Shown: positions 9,563 through 20,002 of the stretch, in pieces | Layout of the letters: every line of letters begins with the position of its first letter | How positions within the stretch are numbered: the stretch's first letter is position 1 | Source: Parasphingorhabdus sp. | GTDB taxonomy: Bacteria; Pseudomonadota; Alphaproteobacteria; Sphingomonadales; Sphingomonadaceae | NCBI GenBank assembly: GCA_039978835.1 | Contig: JBDWAQ010000005.1 | Coordinates: forward strand, 586,631 to 650,630 | Reading direction: 5' to 3' | Length of the DNA: 64,000 nt | Translations under genes and position numbers: made by a program | The notes under the pieces: generated by a model | What the model saw: the letters and a program-made list of their open reading frames with translations, nothing else | Database searches by the model: none | What the model was told of the DNA's origin: nothing

Positions 9563-10211
9563 TCAAATAGCGATAATATTCGGAAATGTTTAGCTAGTGC
9601 CTATTAGAATCGACTTTTCGGGTGGTTTTTGTCGATTATTTTTGCCATCAAAATTGGTCGATAGAATGGCAGAGCATCGATAATTGACTTTATCTATTTT
9701 TTGGAAGGCTTCTGGGCCGATTGTAGACTGTCCGGTTTGTACCTCGACATCAGACAAATCGACATTCGACTTACGCCCCAGTTGCCGTCGTTTCCGCTGA
9801 TTTTTCATCTACCTGAAAGCTGTCTTAGTTATCGTCAGTTGATTCAAAAATTGTAATAAAGATGAAGTTACATGATAATAAATAATTAACTGACCAAATA
9901 TTGATGAAATATTTTGATTGAAATAAGTTCCCAATGAGATGGAATTAGAATATCTTACAATATGACGATTATTTGTCTTGTGTTTAAGATTTTCCGTACT
10001 TGCTTGGGGATGTTCAAAGAAGAGTTGCTCGATACCGACTGGGCGTCAGGCCCGTTTCGCGCTTAAATGCCTTGATGAAATGAGCTTGGCTAGAAAACCC
10101 GCTTTTGAACGCGACGTTTACAAAGGTCTGTCGTTTGTCAGCAATTAGTTTTTTGGCCAAGTTCAATTTCTGAGCAGTAACATACTGGTGGGGAGTTACG
10201 CCGACATTTTT

Positions 10212-10411
10212 TTAAAGGTTCTCGAGCAGAAAGGCGTTTTAGTCAGGCTGAGCTTGCAGAGATGGTGGGGGTTTCCGGAAACTCGATCAATTCTATTGAG
10301 AATGGAAAATTCGATCCTTCATTGCCGCTGCCATTTCGTATCGCTCATGTTTTTGATCATTCGGTCGAGGAGGCGTTCGAAAAGGTCGAAGCAGTAGCAG
10401 AGATCAAGTAA
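10212..10411 (+). pseudogene. Frameshifted XRE/Cro-type HTH regulator
   Basis: Restoring one base at about 10223 (CTC-GA-GCA) gives LKVL(R)AERRFSQAELAEMVGVSGNSINSIENGKFDPSLPLPFRIAHVF...*, a typical small XRE protein. No clear start codon. Confidence 0.7.
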
Positions 10412-10428
10412 ACGCGGTCGGAACGGCC

Positions 10429-10637
10429 GTCCACAACTGGGGTCGAAAGCCGCCACTACCGCTTCAGTGAGTTTGCGTCTGCTTTCGCCGTCTTCAGTTC
10501 CCAAAGCAGACCGTCGGTTTACCACCCCATAAGCTGACGCTGTAATGCAAACTAGCGCGTTCTGGTAGCTGACTGGCTGTTAGCGTGATTTAGCTGCTGA
10601 GAGCGGCATTTCTTCCAACGACCCAATTGCGGACATT
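10429..10637. repeat. Cluster of short dispersed-repeat units
   Basis: GTCCACAACTGGGGTCGAAAGCCGCC (10429-10454) resembles 59630-59654. ACCCAATTGCGGACATT (10621-10637) is the exact reverse complement of 58971-58987. Confidence 0.6.
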
Positions 10638-10722
10638 CAAGGTCGATGGCCGCGGCAGCTCCTGCCAACTATAGCGGGCTGCATCTAATATTTGATCACG
10701 TATTGAGTGCAGCCCGATCAAG

Positions 10723-10980
10723 TCAGTCAAGACGTAAGCGGCCAGCGGCGAGCGCCTCAGTCAGTTCTGCTAGCGTTACAAACCCGTCTCTATTTACGTC
10801 TGTCACCCTGAATTCGGCAAGGGTTGCCTTGCATCTAAGGGCTTCTTTCTCTGTGATTTTTCCATCTTTGGAACGATCACACTGTTCCATCAAATGTGGC
10901 GCTGCGTTCGTCTGCGACGGCGTCGCACACCCCGTTAGTGGGGCGAGGATTACGACTAAAATGAGAGAATTTCTAATCAT
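10723..10980 (-). CDS. Small EF-hand lipoprotein
   Basis: Lipobox LTGC and two EF-hand-like loops, DRSKDGKITEKE and DVNRDGFVTLAE. Confidence 0.7.
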   Translation of the reverse strand: MIRNSLILVVILAPLTGCATPSQTNAAPHLMEQCDRSKDGKITEKEALRCKATLAEFRVTDVNRDGFVTLAELTEALAAGRLRLD

Positions 10981-11026
10981 TATCGATACTCCGGCAATGA
11001 AGATACTGTGGGCAATAGGATAGTCA

Positions 11027-11065
11027 CCGCGACAGGGCTGGAGCGGTCCCCCGGCCCTGTCGCGG
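11027..11065. terminator. GC-rich hairpin after the beta-barrel gene
   Basis: 12-bp stem CCGCGACAGGGC/GCCCTGTCGCGG just 3' of the minus-strand stop at 11073. No clear U-tract. Confidence 0.55.
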
Positions 11066-11072
11066 CTATCGG

Positions 11073-11672
11073 CTAGAAACGAACGAGCGCACCGACCGAT
11101 ATTTTGCTCTGCTTGAAATCCTGATCGAAATTGGTGCGATTATATTCCGCCCGGACGGCGAGATTTTCGGACAAGGCGAGCTCAATGCCGCCGCCATAAG
11201 TGAAGCCCTTCTGCGTGATCGTGTTTGAGAAATTGCCGGCGGCTTGGTCCACCACGGATTCCTCAACCCTCAGCCAGCGGTAACCGCCACGCCCATAGAC
11301 AACGAGACCATTTGTGGGCGTAATGCCTGCACGCGCCGTTGCGTCATATGAAAGGCCCGGATCAGCTTTGTAGCGGCCGGGCGCAGTTAGAGACAGCTGG
11401 TCAACCGTACGGCCACCCAGGCCTACGCCGACCTCGGCACCGACCAGTAGGAAGTTACCGAGGACCAAATCATAACCGGCATGAACGCGTCCGCCGAAGC
11501 CTTTGCGCGAAGCCTCAGTGGTGCTTGTCGGTTGACTGACCTCGTTGGAATCTCGTGTTGCATCAATACCGAAATGCAACCCTTGCAGTTGGTTTTCAGA
11601 ATTGTCCTGCGCGGATACCGCAGCTGGCGCGGCCAGCAGTGCAGTTGCCAAGAAGATAAAGGGGGATTTCAT
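11073..11672 (-). CDS. Outer-membrane beta-barrel (porin-family, OmpA-like) protein
   Basis: Signal peptide, alternating amphipathic strands, GGGIE...VRAEY motif and C-terminal Phe. Confidence 0.8.
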   Translation of the reverse strand: MKSPFIFLATALLAAPAAVSAQDNSENQLQGLHFGIDATRDSNEVSQPTSTTEASRKGFGGRVHAGYDLVLGNFLLVGAEVGVGLGGRTVDQLSLTAPGRYKADPGLSYDATARAGITPTNGLVVYGRGGYRWLRVEESVVDQAAGNFSNTITQKGFTYGGGIELALSENLAVRAEYNRTNFDQDFKQSKISVGALVRF

Positions 11673-11747
11673 TGTCTACTCCATTTTCATATGGCGGCGG
11701 GCTGCCAACCATAGCGGAGTAACTGAACCTGGATCGTCGAGTTTGTG

Positions 11748-12962
11748 TCAGTTCTTTGTGGAGAATTGTTGGAGATCGGATGAGTGCGGCAGTCTCATTT
11801 CGACGACCGTTCCGCCTTCGTCGGCATTCCTGATAAAGACGTGTCCGCGGTGCGCTTCCACTATGGTTCTTACGACCGCAAGCCCCAATCCGGACCCACC
11901 AGTATTTCGATTTCGCGATGCTTCGCCCCGCCAGAAGCGATCAAAGGCTAGGGTTTCTGCGCCAGACGGCAGGCCCGGTCCTGAGTCGGTTATCTGTAGA
12001 ACCGCATCGTCGCCCGCAACGAAGGTCGCAATTTTCAACATGCCGCTATCGGGCGCGTAGCGCACGACGTTCGATAATACCGCTATGATAACTTGCCGCA
12101 CCCGCATCCCGTCGGCAGCCAATGGCACCGCGTCCAGCTTCAACGACGCCTCCAGATTTGCTTTTTCCAGATCAGGACCGACTACAGCCAAAACTCGGTG
12201 TACTTCTTCAGCCAAATCGATCTCTTCCAGCGTGAGCACCAGCCGCTGCGAGTTAGCCAAGCTAAGCGTTTGCAAATCGTCAACAAGCCGACCCAGCCCT
12301 TCGACTTGCAGAATAAGTCCGGTAATTTCGCCGGGCTCGAGGTCAAAAACCCCGTCCGCAATCCCATGCAAACGTCCCCTAAGGACGGTAAGCGGCGTTC
12401 GGAGTTCATGCGCGATCGAAGCAGTGCTTTCGGCAAGCTCTCTTTCCGCCCTCTCTAGTGAAGCCGCCATCGCGTTGAAATCATCGGCCAATCGAGATTC
12501 TTCGGACGATGTAAATTTTGACCTTCTGGCCCGAACGGAAAGGTCACCTTCGGAGATGCTTCGCGCTGCGGCGCCAACATTGCTCAACCCGCGGCCTAAA
12601 CGGCCGACAGCAAGATATCCGATGCCATAGGTTGCCGCAGCCGCGACAAGTACCATTGTGTAGAGAATTAAGTCGGATTGATCATCGAGCTCTGCAACAA
12701 TGGTTTCCAGTTCCGGACTTAACTTTTCCCATTCTTCTGGGGTTGGAATTTGCCCATCGTTCGATTTCTGCAGGATTTCCCTCACGTCGGGCGGCAGTTC
12801 TGAAACGCCCTGAACAAATGCGTAGTTGCCCCAGGCATCCGTCGCTACAATGATCAGCATGGCATTACCGACCATCGCAACCGCGAACAACAGTGATATC
12901 TGCCGAGTAAGGGGCCAGCGCCGCAATCTGGCTGCTAGCGCACTTAAAATGCCGCCGCTCAT
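11748..12962 (-). CDS. Sensor histidine kinase, BaeS/AdeS-like
   Basis: Two TM segments, HAMP domain, H-box IAHELRTPL, DSGPG, FDRFWRGEASR and GSGLGLAVV. Confidence 0.92.
   Translation of the reverse strand: MSGGILSALAARLRRWPLTRQISLLFAVAMVGNAMLIIVATDAWGNYAFVQGVSELPPDVREILQKSNDGQIPTPEEWEKLSPELETIVAELDDQSDLILYTMVLVAAAATYGIGYLAVGRLGRGLSNVGAAARSISEGDLSVRARRSKFTSSEESRLADDFNAMAASLERAERELAESTASIAHELRTPLTVLRGRLHGIADGVFDLEPGEITGLILQVEGLGRLVDDLQTLSLANSQRLVLTLEEIDLAEEVHRVLAVVGPDLEKANLEASLKLDAVPLAADGMRVRQVIIAVLSNVVRYAPDSGMLKIATFVAGDDAVLQITDSGPGLPSGAETLAFDRFWRGEASRNRNTGGSGLGLAVVRTIVEAHRGHVFIRNADEGGTVVEMRLPHSSDLQQFSTKN
11759..11775 (-). promoter_or_regulatory. Candidate OmpR-family response-regulator box
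   Basis: On the minus strand TCTCCA-N5-TCTCCA (11-bp period), about 90 nt upstream of the beta-barrel gene and inside the kinase 3' end. Confidence 0.45.
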
Positions 12963-13651
12963 GCCGCGATCAGCCGATATCCAACACCGCGAACGACAAC
13001 GCAGTGGCCGGGCGCCCCGACCGTGGTTAGTTTGCGTCGCAAATTGCTGACATGGCTATCGACAGTGCGCTCCAATGCGTCGCTTTCGGGCATACAGACA
13101 TCGACCAGCTCTGCGCGGCTGAAAACCCGGCGCGGCGCTCGGGCCATGTGTTCCAGAATTCGGTATTCCGTCAGGGTCAGTTCTAATGTTTTGTGTTCGT
13201 TCCCGATCGCTACACGGGCGATGTAACATTGGGTGTCGATCTCGATGGAGCCGACGCGGATCATCGTCGAATCTTCAGCTCCGCCACTGGTGCGTCGCAA
13301 AACCGCCTTTACCCGTGCGACGACCTCCATCGGATTGAATGGCTTGACAACATAATCATCTGCCCCAACGTGGAGCGCGGATAACTTATCCAAATCGTCC
13401 GCGCGTGCTGTCGCCATAATAACCGGCGTACTGCCCCGGCGCCTCAATTCCGCAAGAACCGAAAATCCATCACGGATCGGCATTTGCACATCCAGCAACA
13501 CCAGATCGGGTTTTAACAGTTGATGGTGCATCAAAGCTGTATGACCGTCGTTCGCAGTCACCGTGCGAAACCCATCACGCTCCAGATATGACACGAGAAT
13601 CGTGGCAATCTCTTGCTCATCTTCTGCCACCAATATTAGAGCATTTTCCAC
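12959..13651 (-). CDS. OmpR-family response regulator, BaeR/AdeR-like
   Basis: AEDE, LLDVQMP, GADDYVVKPF and winged helix ending VRGVGYRL. GTG start at 13651 follows GAGAAAGG. Confidence 0.92.
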   Translation of the reverse strand: MENALILVAEDEQEIATILVSYLERDGFRTVTANDGHTALMHHQLLKPDLVLLDVQMPIRDGFSVLAELRRRGSTPVIMATARADDLDKLSALHVGADDYVVKPFNPMEVVARVKAVLRRTSGGAEDSTMIRVGSIEIDTQCYIARVAIGNEHKTLELTLTEYRILEHMARAPRRVFSRAELVDVCMPESDALERTVDSHVSNLRRKLTTVGAPGHCVVVRGVGYRLIAA

Positions 13652-13849
13652 GACCGGAGCCTTTCTCACTTGGGTCCACGACACTCGGTAATCTATAGCG
13701 ACGCAAGTGTCGAGATCGCGTGGAGTAATGGCCGAGATTTATCGAGATCGGAATTTACCGCGAGTTTCGCACCGCCTTAATGCAATCTCCACTCTCTCTT
13801 CGCACACTCGCCCTTTTGTCAGTCGCAATCATGAAGAGGGCGTGCCGAT

Positions 13850-14944
13850 ATGCAGAAACTTGGACTCTATATTTGCACCGGTGCGGTAGCATTTCTTTTA
13901 GCGTTCTCTGCACCTGCATCGGCTCAACACACAGAGTCAGACGATTGGCCTAGGGCATCAAGTGCGGAGCTATCTGTCCTGACATATAACGTGCGCGGAT
14001 TGCCTTGGCCGATTGCCAAGAACCGTTCACGCGCACTCAGAAAAATCGCAGCAACGCTTCGTCAAATGCGCGAAAATGATGAGCACCCGCAAATTGTATT
14101 GCTGCAAGAAGCATTTACTGGCTCTGCGCGCGCGATTGGCAGGTTAGCTGGGTATAAATACGTAATCTCTGGACCTTCGTCGAAGGAGAAAAACAATGCT
14201 ATTGCCAGCCCTGCCGACAGAGAGTTTTTGACGTCGGCACAATGGGACAAGGGCGAGGGATTGGGAAAAATCTTTGGCAGCGGCTTGCAGATCCTGTCTG
14301 ACTATCCGGTCACCGAAATCCATAAATTGGCGTTTCCAAAATATGCGTGCGCAGGCTTTGATTGTCTCGCAAACAAGGGTGTTGTGCTGGTCACCGTGGA
14401 CATTCCGCGGCTCGGCTCGACGGTTCAGATCGCCAATGCCCACCTGAATGCAAAACGCAGCTCAAGAGTAAGCGAAGAACGTCGGAAGTTTGCTGTCCAG
14501 CGTCAGATCGAGGCTGCTCACGCGTTCATTGGGCAACATCTCGGGCTAGGCAGCCCGCTCATTTTCGGTGGTGACTTTAACGTCGGCAACGTCGCTTGGC
14601 GCAGGGAACTGCTGTTTGGGATGGATTGGCCGATCAAGCTCAATGCAGATGCCCTGCGAAGGCTTGCGGCCAACACAGAGTTAGAAGCCGACGCACAGGA
14701 GGCGTTGGACCGTGCGACCGATTGGCAGTTTTTCCATTCGGGCAAATCACTACAGATTATCCCTCAGCGCGTATCAATCCCTTTCGGGCGCGACGTCGAT
14801 GGCAATATGCTTTCAGATCATGTCGGTTATACGATTATATACAAGCTCACTAATATTGGAACTGAGAGTCCAGAGGTCGCGGTTCCGACTCGAGAAAGCG
14901 GACTTACTAGACCGGCATCTACGAGATTTGCTGGGACTCGATAA
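13850..14944 (+). CDS. Secreted endonuclease/exonuclease/phosphatase-family protein (sphingomyelinase-like)
   Basis: Signal peptide, TYNV, LQEAF, GSGL, NAHL, GGDFN and SDH catalytic motifs. Confidence 0.85.
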   Translation: MQKLGLYICTGAVAFLLAFSAPASAQHTESDDWPRASSAELSVLTYNVRGLPWPIAKNRSRALRKIAATLRQMRENDEHPQIVLLQEAFTGSARAIGRLAGYKYVISGPSSKEKNNAIASPADREFLTSAQWDKGEGLGKIFGSGLQILSDYPVTEIHKLAFPKYACAGFDCLANKGVVLVTVDIPRLGSTVQIANAHLNAKRSSRVSEERRKFAVQRQIEAAHAFIGQHLGLGSPLIFGGDFNVGNVAWRRELLFGMDWPIKLNADALRRLAANTELEADAQEALDRATDWQFFHSGKSLQIIPQRVSIPFGRDVDGNMLSDHVGYTIIYKLTNIGTESPEVAVPTRESGLTRPASTRFAGTR

Positions 14945-15453
14945 ACCGAACTGGGTCTGGTTCAATAATGTAAAAATGAACTTGCGGCCGGATGCCCGAC
15001 TTCCCTAGGCTTGACGAGCAAAGCACTTTCACGCGGCGTTTCCTTCTTATTACTGGGCGATCACCGTCCCCGCTCTACAATGCTCAATCCGAATGAATGT
15101 CGGTTTCCGCCCATTACCTGCCGTTGCAATGGGATCAGTAGAATGGCAGCCTCCTACCCCAATGTCTGTCGTTTCGCTGCCGCTCGAAGTGGGCCGATTG
15201 CACACTGTCTGCTGCGAGAGGCAGTGAAGCCATAAACTGCCATTCATCTAATACCACATTTGCAGACGTTCATTCCACGAAGATAAAGCAGTCGATATCG
15301 CATCGACGCGGACTTTCCGCATTCGCTGGTGACCTAGTCCAAATTGGCCCGGACCGCCGCAATCATCTGTTCACGCCCACTTTCATATTCGCCAAGGAAA
15401 GTATCAGGCGCATTGGATTGAATCTGTCTGATGCATCAGGCGTGGCCGGCGGC

Positions 15454-15647
15454 TTACAGTCGGTTCCAGCTTGCATCCGAAGCGCCGTAGAAGTACTCGC
15501 CGATCTTGCCGACGGTCTGGACACTGCCGTGGTCTGGACCGGCTTGGCCTCAATTCCCATGGTTTCGAGATCGTGGACCGTATCGGCACTGATGCCGAGT
15601 TCGACCTTGATCTGGTGGTTATTGTCACGCTTAAAACATCTCACCAT
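15454..15647 (-). pseudogene. Possible decayed C-terminal fragment of a gamma-glutamyltransferase-like gene
   Basis: HQIKVELGISADTVHDLETMG, then after a frameshift at about 15540 GPDHGSVQTVGKIGEYFYGASD. This resembles the GGT C-terminus; by-eye similarity only. Confidence 0.35.
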
Positions 15648-16071
15648 TCAATAGATTGGGCGCAGACTTTCAAGTATCATCTTGATGGTATTTTTGGCGT
15701 GTTCGACCTTTATCGCATCGTCGAGGAGTGGGATTATCTGATCAGGGCTCTCCCCAGCGGGACCTATACAGCACTCTGTCCTGGGCATCTAGAGCTGCGG
15801 TCCTGAGTGTGCGGTGTTCTTTTATTGGCGCGGCCCGCACTCTGGATCAGCGACAACGGATTGAAGTGCCGCCGGGCAGGCGACAGATCCCGCCTAAACC
15901 AGCGGCGCGGGAAACCAAATAGCAGGGACCTAGTTTGCAACAACAATGAATACTTTAGAACGAGCAAGGAAATCTCGGAAGAGCTTCAAAACCATATGGA
16001 ATTTAGTGTACCGTCAATGTCGTCAATCTAAGTTTGTCACAAAAAGCAACTACAATGATGATCAGTACAAT

Positions 16072-16722
16072 TTAAATTTCATAATGGGCAGAGGTTTTGG
16101 TTGCCACGTTTTCTGTTGAGACCCCGGGAGCCAGCTCTACTAATTTGAACGAGTTTTGGTGGTCGGCGCGTTGCATGACGCATAAATCACTTATGATCAT
16201 ATCCACGACATTTTGCCCGGTCAGTGGCAGCGTGCACTCGGGAATGAGTTTTGGACTGCCGTCCTTGGAACAGTGATCCATGACTACGATGATTTTTTTC
16301 ACACCGGCGACCAGGTCCATGGCGCCGCCCATCCCTTTGACCATCTTGCCCGGTATCATCCAATTGGCAATATCTCCGTTTTCGGCAACCTGCATCGCGC
16401 CCAGCACGGCGAGATCAATATGACCACCGCGGATCATCGCAAAACTGTCGCCGCTCGAGAAGAAGCTCGATGTTGGTAGTGCACTGACGGTTTGTTTCCC
16501 GGCGTTGATCAAGTCCGGGTCTTCCTCGCCCTCAAATGGGAACGGCCCGATACCGAGCATCCCATTTTCCGATTGCAGAGTTACCTCGACTCCATCGGGA
16601 ATATGATTGGCCACCAGCGTCGGAATACCAATACCCAGATTGACATAAAAACCATCCTGCAATTCCTGCGCGGCCCGCGCCGCCATTTCATCGCGTGTCC
16701 AACCTTTTTGCAATACAGTCAT
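16072..16722 (-). CDS. 3-oxoacid CoA-transferase subunit B (ScoB/PcaJ-like)
   Basis: [15 protein letters not shown] (catalytic Glu) and GMGGAMDLV motifs. Confidence 0.92.
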   Translation of the reverse strand: MTVLQKGWTRDEMAARAAQELQDGFYVNLGIGIPTLVANHIPDGVEVTLQSENGMLGIGPFPFEGEEDPDLINAGKQTVSALPTSSFFSSGDSFAMIRGGHIDLAVLGAMQVAENGDIANWMIPGKMVKGMGGAMDLVAGVKKIIVVMDHCSKDGSPKLIPECTLPLTGQNVVDMIISDLCVMQRADHQNSFKLVELAPGVSTENVATKTSAHYEI

Positions 16723-16974
16723 CCATCGTCCTTCCCGACCATTTGTACAGGGTCTTTCAATGGCACATGAATAGCCCAGCGGTCCTGTGCAGGATAGATC
16801 GACACAGCCAAATATCGTTCAGATCATGCGCTCAAAAAACTAATCCGAAGTCGCAGGATAACGGGGTGAAATGCAGCTCCTTTAGCGAATCTAATCCGGC
16901 ATAAGAGAAAATCTAAGATGCAATATGGGTTGAGTCCGATCATTGTGACGAGGTGTATTTTGGGTGATGGGATA

Positions 16975-18090
16975 ATGGCGAAAATCGACAATATCAGGGT
17001 GGTCATTGCGGATATTCCGACCATTCGCCCACATGTACTCGCCATGACCACGATGATGTCGCAAACCATGGTGCTGGTTTTTGTCCGGCGTGATGATGGC
17101 ATTGTCGGGGTAGGTGAGGCCACAACCATAGGCGGGCTAGCCTATGGAGAAGAAAGCCCGGAAAGCATCAAGACCAATATCGATACCTATTTTGCACCAA
17201 TGTTGATCGGGCAGGATGCCGATAATCCGGCGGCGGCTATGGCGCGGCTCGCCGGACTAATCGTCGGTAATCGCTTTGCCAAATGTGCGATAGAAACCGC
17301 GCTGCTGGATGGATTGGGTCAAGCAAAGAACCGGCCGGTGAGTGCCTTGTTGGGTGCGGTACAGCATGAAAAACTGCCGATTGCCTGGACGCTCGCCAGC
17401 GGCAATACCGAAGAGGATATAGAGGAAGGCGAGCGTGTTTTGAGCGCGCAGCTCCACAGGGATTTCAAACTGAAAATCGGCACGCGCAATGTTGCTGATG
17501 ACTGTGCTCATGTTGCGGCCATCGCCCGCGCTTTCGAAGGACGAGCCAGCATTCGGGTTGATGTGAATCAGCATTGGACTCGGGAACAGGCTGACGAGGG
17601 CGCAGCGCTGCTGCAAGATGCTGGCGTTGATCTGATCGAGCAACCTCTGGTTGGTCATGATGTCGCGGGGATGAAGGCGTTATGCGATCAGTTTGATATC
17701 GCGATCATGGCGGATGAGGCTCTGACCGGACCGGTCAGCGCGCAGCGTTTTGCGGATGAACAGGCCGCCGATGTCTTTGCCCTCAAAATCGCGCAATCGG
17801 GAGGCTTGACGGCTGGACGCGAAGTGGCTGCCATCGCGAATAGCGCCGCCATCGCGCTGTATGGCGGGACGATGCTGGAAGGGGCGGTCGGGACCGCTGC
17901 GTCGGCGCACCTGTTTGCCACACTGGGCCCGATGCAATGGGGAACGGAGTTGTTTGGTCCATTGCTGATGACTGAAGAAATACTGGAAGAGTCGCTCGAA
18001 TATGGTGACTTTTCACTCAGCGTACCGGCCGGGCCGGGGTTGGGAGTAAAAGTGGATGAGGACAAATTGGCGCGATTTGCCCGCAGCTGA
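16975..18090 (+). CDS. catB: Muconate cycloisomerase
   Basis: Enolase superfamily: GEATTIGGLAYGEESPE, FKLKIG, RVDVNQ, IEQP, MADE and LYGGTMLE. Start set at ATG 16975. Confidence 0.93.
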   Translation: MAKIDNIRVVIADIPTIRPHVLAMTTMMSQTMVLVFVRRDDGIVGVGEATTIGGLAYGEESPESIKTNIDTYFAPMLIGQDADNPAAAMARLAGLIVGNRFAKCAIETALLDGLGQAKNRPVSALLGAVQHEKLPIAWTLASGNTEEDIEEGERVLSAQLHRDFKLKIGTRNVADDCAHVAAIARAFEGRASIRVDVNQHWTREQADEGAALLQDAGVDLIEQPLVGHDVAGMKALCDQFDIAIMADEALTGPVSAQRFADEQAADVFALKIAQSGGLTAGREVAAIANSAAIALYGGTMLEGAVGTAASAHLFATLGPMQWGTELFGPLLMTEEILEESLEYGDFSLSVPAGPGLGVKVDEDKLARFARS

Positions 18091-18104
18091 CAGACAAGGA
18101 GAAG

Positions 18105-18392
18105 ATGATGTTGTTCATGGTAGAGATGGTAGTGAATCCACCGCTGGATATCGACAAGGATGAATTTGAAGCGTTGAAAGCGACGGAAAAGGCGCGCGCG
18201 GAAGAACTGCAGAATAGTGGAAAATGGCGACATTTATGGCGGGTGACAGGGCAATATGCCAATGTCAGCATTTTCGATGTTGCCGACGCGCAGGAACTAC
18301 ATGACATTATGATGAGCCTGCCGCTTTATCCCTTCATGGATGTGCACGTCACATCACTTTGCCAGCATCCATCCGCAATTGAACAGATTTAA
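18105..18392 (+). CDS. catC: Muconolactone delta-isomerase
   Basis: MLFMVEM...GKWRHLWRVTGQYANVSIFDV...LPLYPFM...HPS, located between catB and catA. Confidence 0.93.
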   Translation: MMLFMVEMVVNPPLDIDKDEFEALKATEKARAEELQNSGKWRHLWRVTGQYANVSIFDVADAQELHDIMMSLPLYPFMDVHVTSLCQHPSAIEQI

Positions 18393-18406
18393 TCAGGAGA
18401 GCAATC

Positions 18407-19294
18407 ATGACTGACATAGTAAAAGGCGCAGCCGTTCAGGATCTTCTCGATCGCGCTAGCGGACTGAGCGAGGATGATAGCACGCCCCGCCTGAAGGCGA
18501 TCACCCGGGACCTGCTGGAAGCCATCATGGCTATTGTTGAGAAGCACGATATTACCGAAAGTGAATTTTGGGAAGCCACGGCCTTTTTGCAGGGCGGGGC
18601 AGAGGAATTTGGTTTAATCGTCCCCGGTGTCGGACTGGAGCATTTTCTGGATCTGCATATGGATGCCAAAGATGCTGAAAATGGCTATGAAGGCGGGACG
18701 CCCCGCACCATTGAGGGACCTCTTTATGTTGAAGGCGCACCGCTGGCAGAAAATGGTGTGAATCTCTCCACCGACCCGGATGATACCGAAACATTGACCA
18801 TGTCCGGAGTATTACGCGGACCGGATGGTGAACCGGTAAAGGATGCCATCCTGCATGTATGGCATGCCAATTCCAAAGGTTTCTATTCGCACTTCGATCC
18901 AACCGGTGAACAATCACCGTTCAACAATCGCCGCCGTATCCAGTTGGGCGATGACGGGCGCTATGCGTTTGAATCGAAAATGCCGCGCGGTTACAGCTGT
19001 CCTCCTGGCGGTGCGACCGAGAAGCTGATGCAGCTGCTTGGTCGTCATGGCGACCGGCCGGCCCATGTGCATTTCTTTGTTGAAGCTCCCGGTTACCGCG
19101 CATTGACCACGCAGATTAATTTCGGAGATGACCCGCTGGCCCGCAGCGATTTCGCTTTCGGGACACGAGATGGTTTGTTGCCTGTGCCAAATCGAGATGG
19201 CGATACCGCCCATGTCGAATTTGATTTCGAGCTTCAGAAAGCCAAATCATCGGACGATGAAAAATTCTCAGCTCGACCGCGTTTGAGCGCTTAG
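18407..19294 (+). CDS. catA: Catechol 1,2-dioxygenase
   Basis: GTPRTIEGPLYV, WHANSKGFYS and RPAHVHF intradiol dioxygenase motifs. Confidence 0.93.
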   Translation: MTDIVKGAAVQDLLDRASGLSEDDSTPRLKAITRDLLEAIMAIVEKHDITESEFWEATAFLQGGAEEFGLIVPGVGLEHFLDLHMDAKDAENGYEGGTPRTIEGPLYVEGAPLAENGVNLSTDPDDTETLTMSGVLRGPDGEPVKDAILHVWHANSKGFYSHFDPTGEQSPFNNRRRIQLGDDGRYAFESKMPRGYSCPPGGATEKLMQLLGRHGDRPAHVHFFVEAPGYRALTTQINFGDDPLARSDFAFGTRDGLLPVPNRDGDTAHVEFDFELQKAKSSDDEKFSARPRLSA

Positions 19295-20002
19295 ATGGTA
19301 CAGAAAGTCTTTGATAATCCGGAAGCTGCTCTGGAGGGCGTGCTGTTCGATGGCATGACAATAATGTCCGGCGGTTTTGGTCTTTCGGGAAACCCGGAAA
19401 GCCTGATCCCTGCCATTCGGGACGTGGGCGTCAAGGACCTGACAATAATCTCGAACAATTGCGGAGCGGATGGCTTTGGGCTGTGGATGTTGCTCAATAA
19501 TGGTCAGATCAAAAAGATGATCAGCTCTTATGTCGGTGAGAATAAACTTTTTGAAAGCCTGTATCTGGAAGGCAAGCTGGAACTGGAGCTCAGCCCGCAA
19601 GGAACATTGGCTGAGCGTATTCGTGCCGGTGGTGCCGGAATTCCAGCGTTCTTTACCAGGACCGGCGTTGGAACAGTGGTTGCTGAAGGGAAACCGGTCG
19701 AAGAGTTTGACGGGGAGCTTTATGTGCGCGAGAAATGGCTGCGTGCGGATTTGTCGATCATAAAGGCATGGCGTGCGGACACGGCCGGTAATTTGATGTT
19801 CCGCAAAACTGCGCGTAACTTCAATCCCAATATGGCAACCGCGGGGAAAGTGACAGTGGTGGAAGTGGAGGAGATTGTTGAACCCGGAGCATTCGATCCG
19901 GACTGCATCCATATTCCCGGCATTTATGTCGACCGGATCATTCAAAGCACGATCAACGAGAAACGCATCGAAAAGCTGACCACAAGGCCGCGACCGGTAT
20001 GA
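19295..20002 (+). CDS. 3-oxoacid CoA-transferase subunit A (ScoA/PcaI-like)
   Basis: SGGFGLSGNPE, PQGTLAERIRAGGAGIPAF and KTARNFNP motifs. Confidence 0.92.
   Translation: MVQKVFDNPEAALEGVLFDGMTIMSGGFGLSGNPESLIPAIRDVGVKDLTIISNNCGADGFGLWMLLNNGQIKKMISSYVGENKLFESLYLEGKLELELSPQGTLAERIRAGGAGIPAFFTRTGVGTVVAEGKPVEEFDGELYVREKWLRADLSIIKAWRADTAGNLMFRKTARNFNPNMATAGKVTVVEVEEIVEPGAFDPDCIHIPGIYVDRIIQSTINEKRIEKLTTRPRPV

Noticed and set aside
9590-9808. 72-aa minus-strand ORF just after tRNA copy A, a candidate excisionase or toxin
   Set aside because: No recognisable motif or convincing RBS; it cannot be supported without a search.
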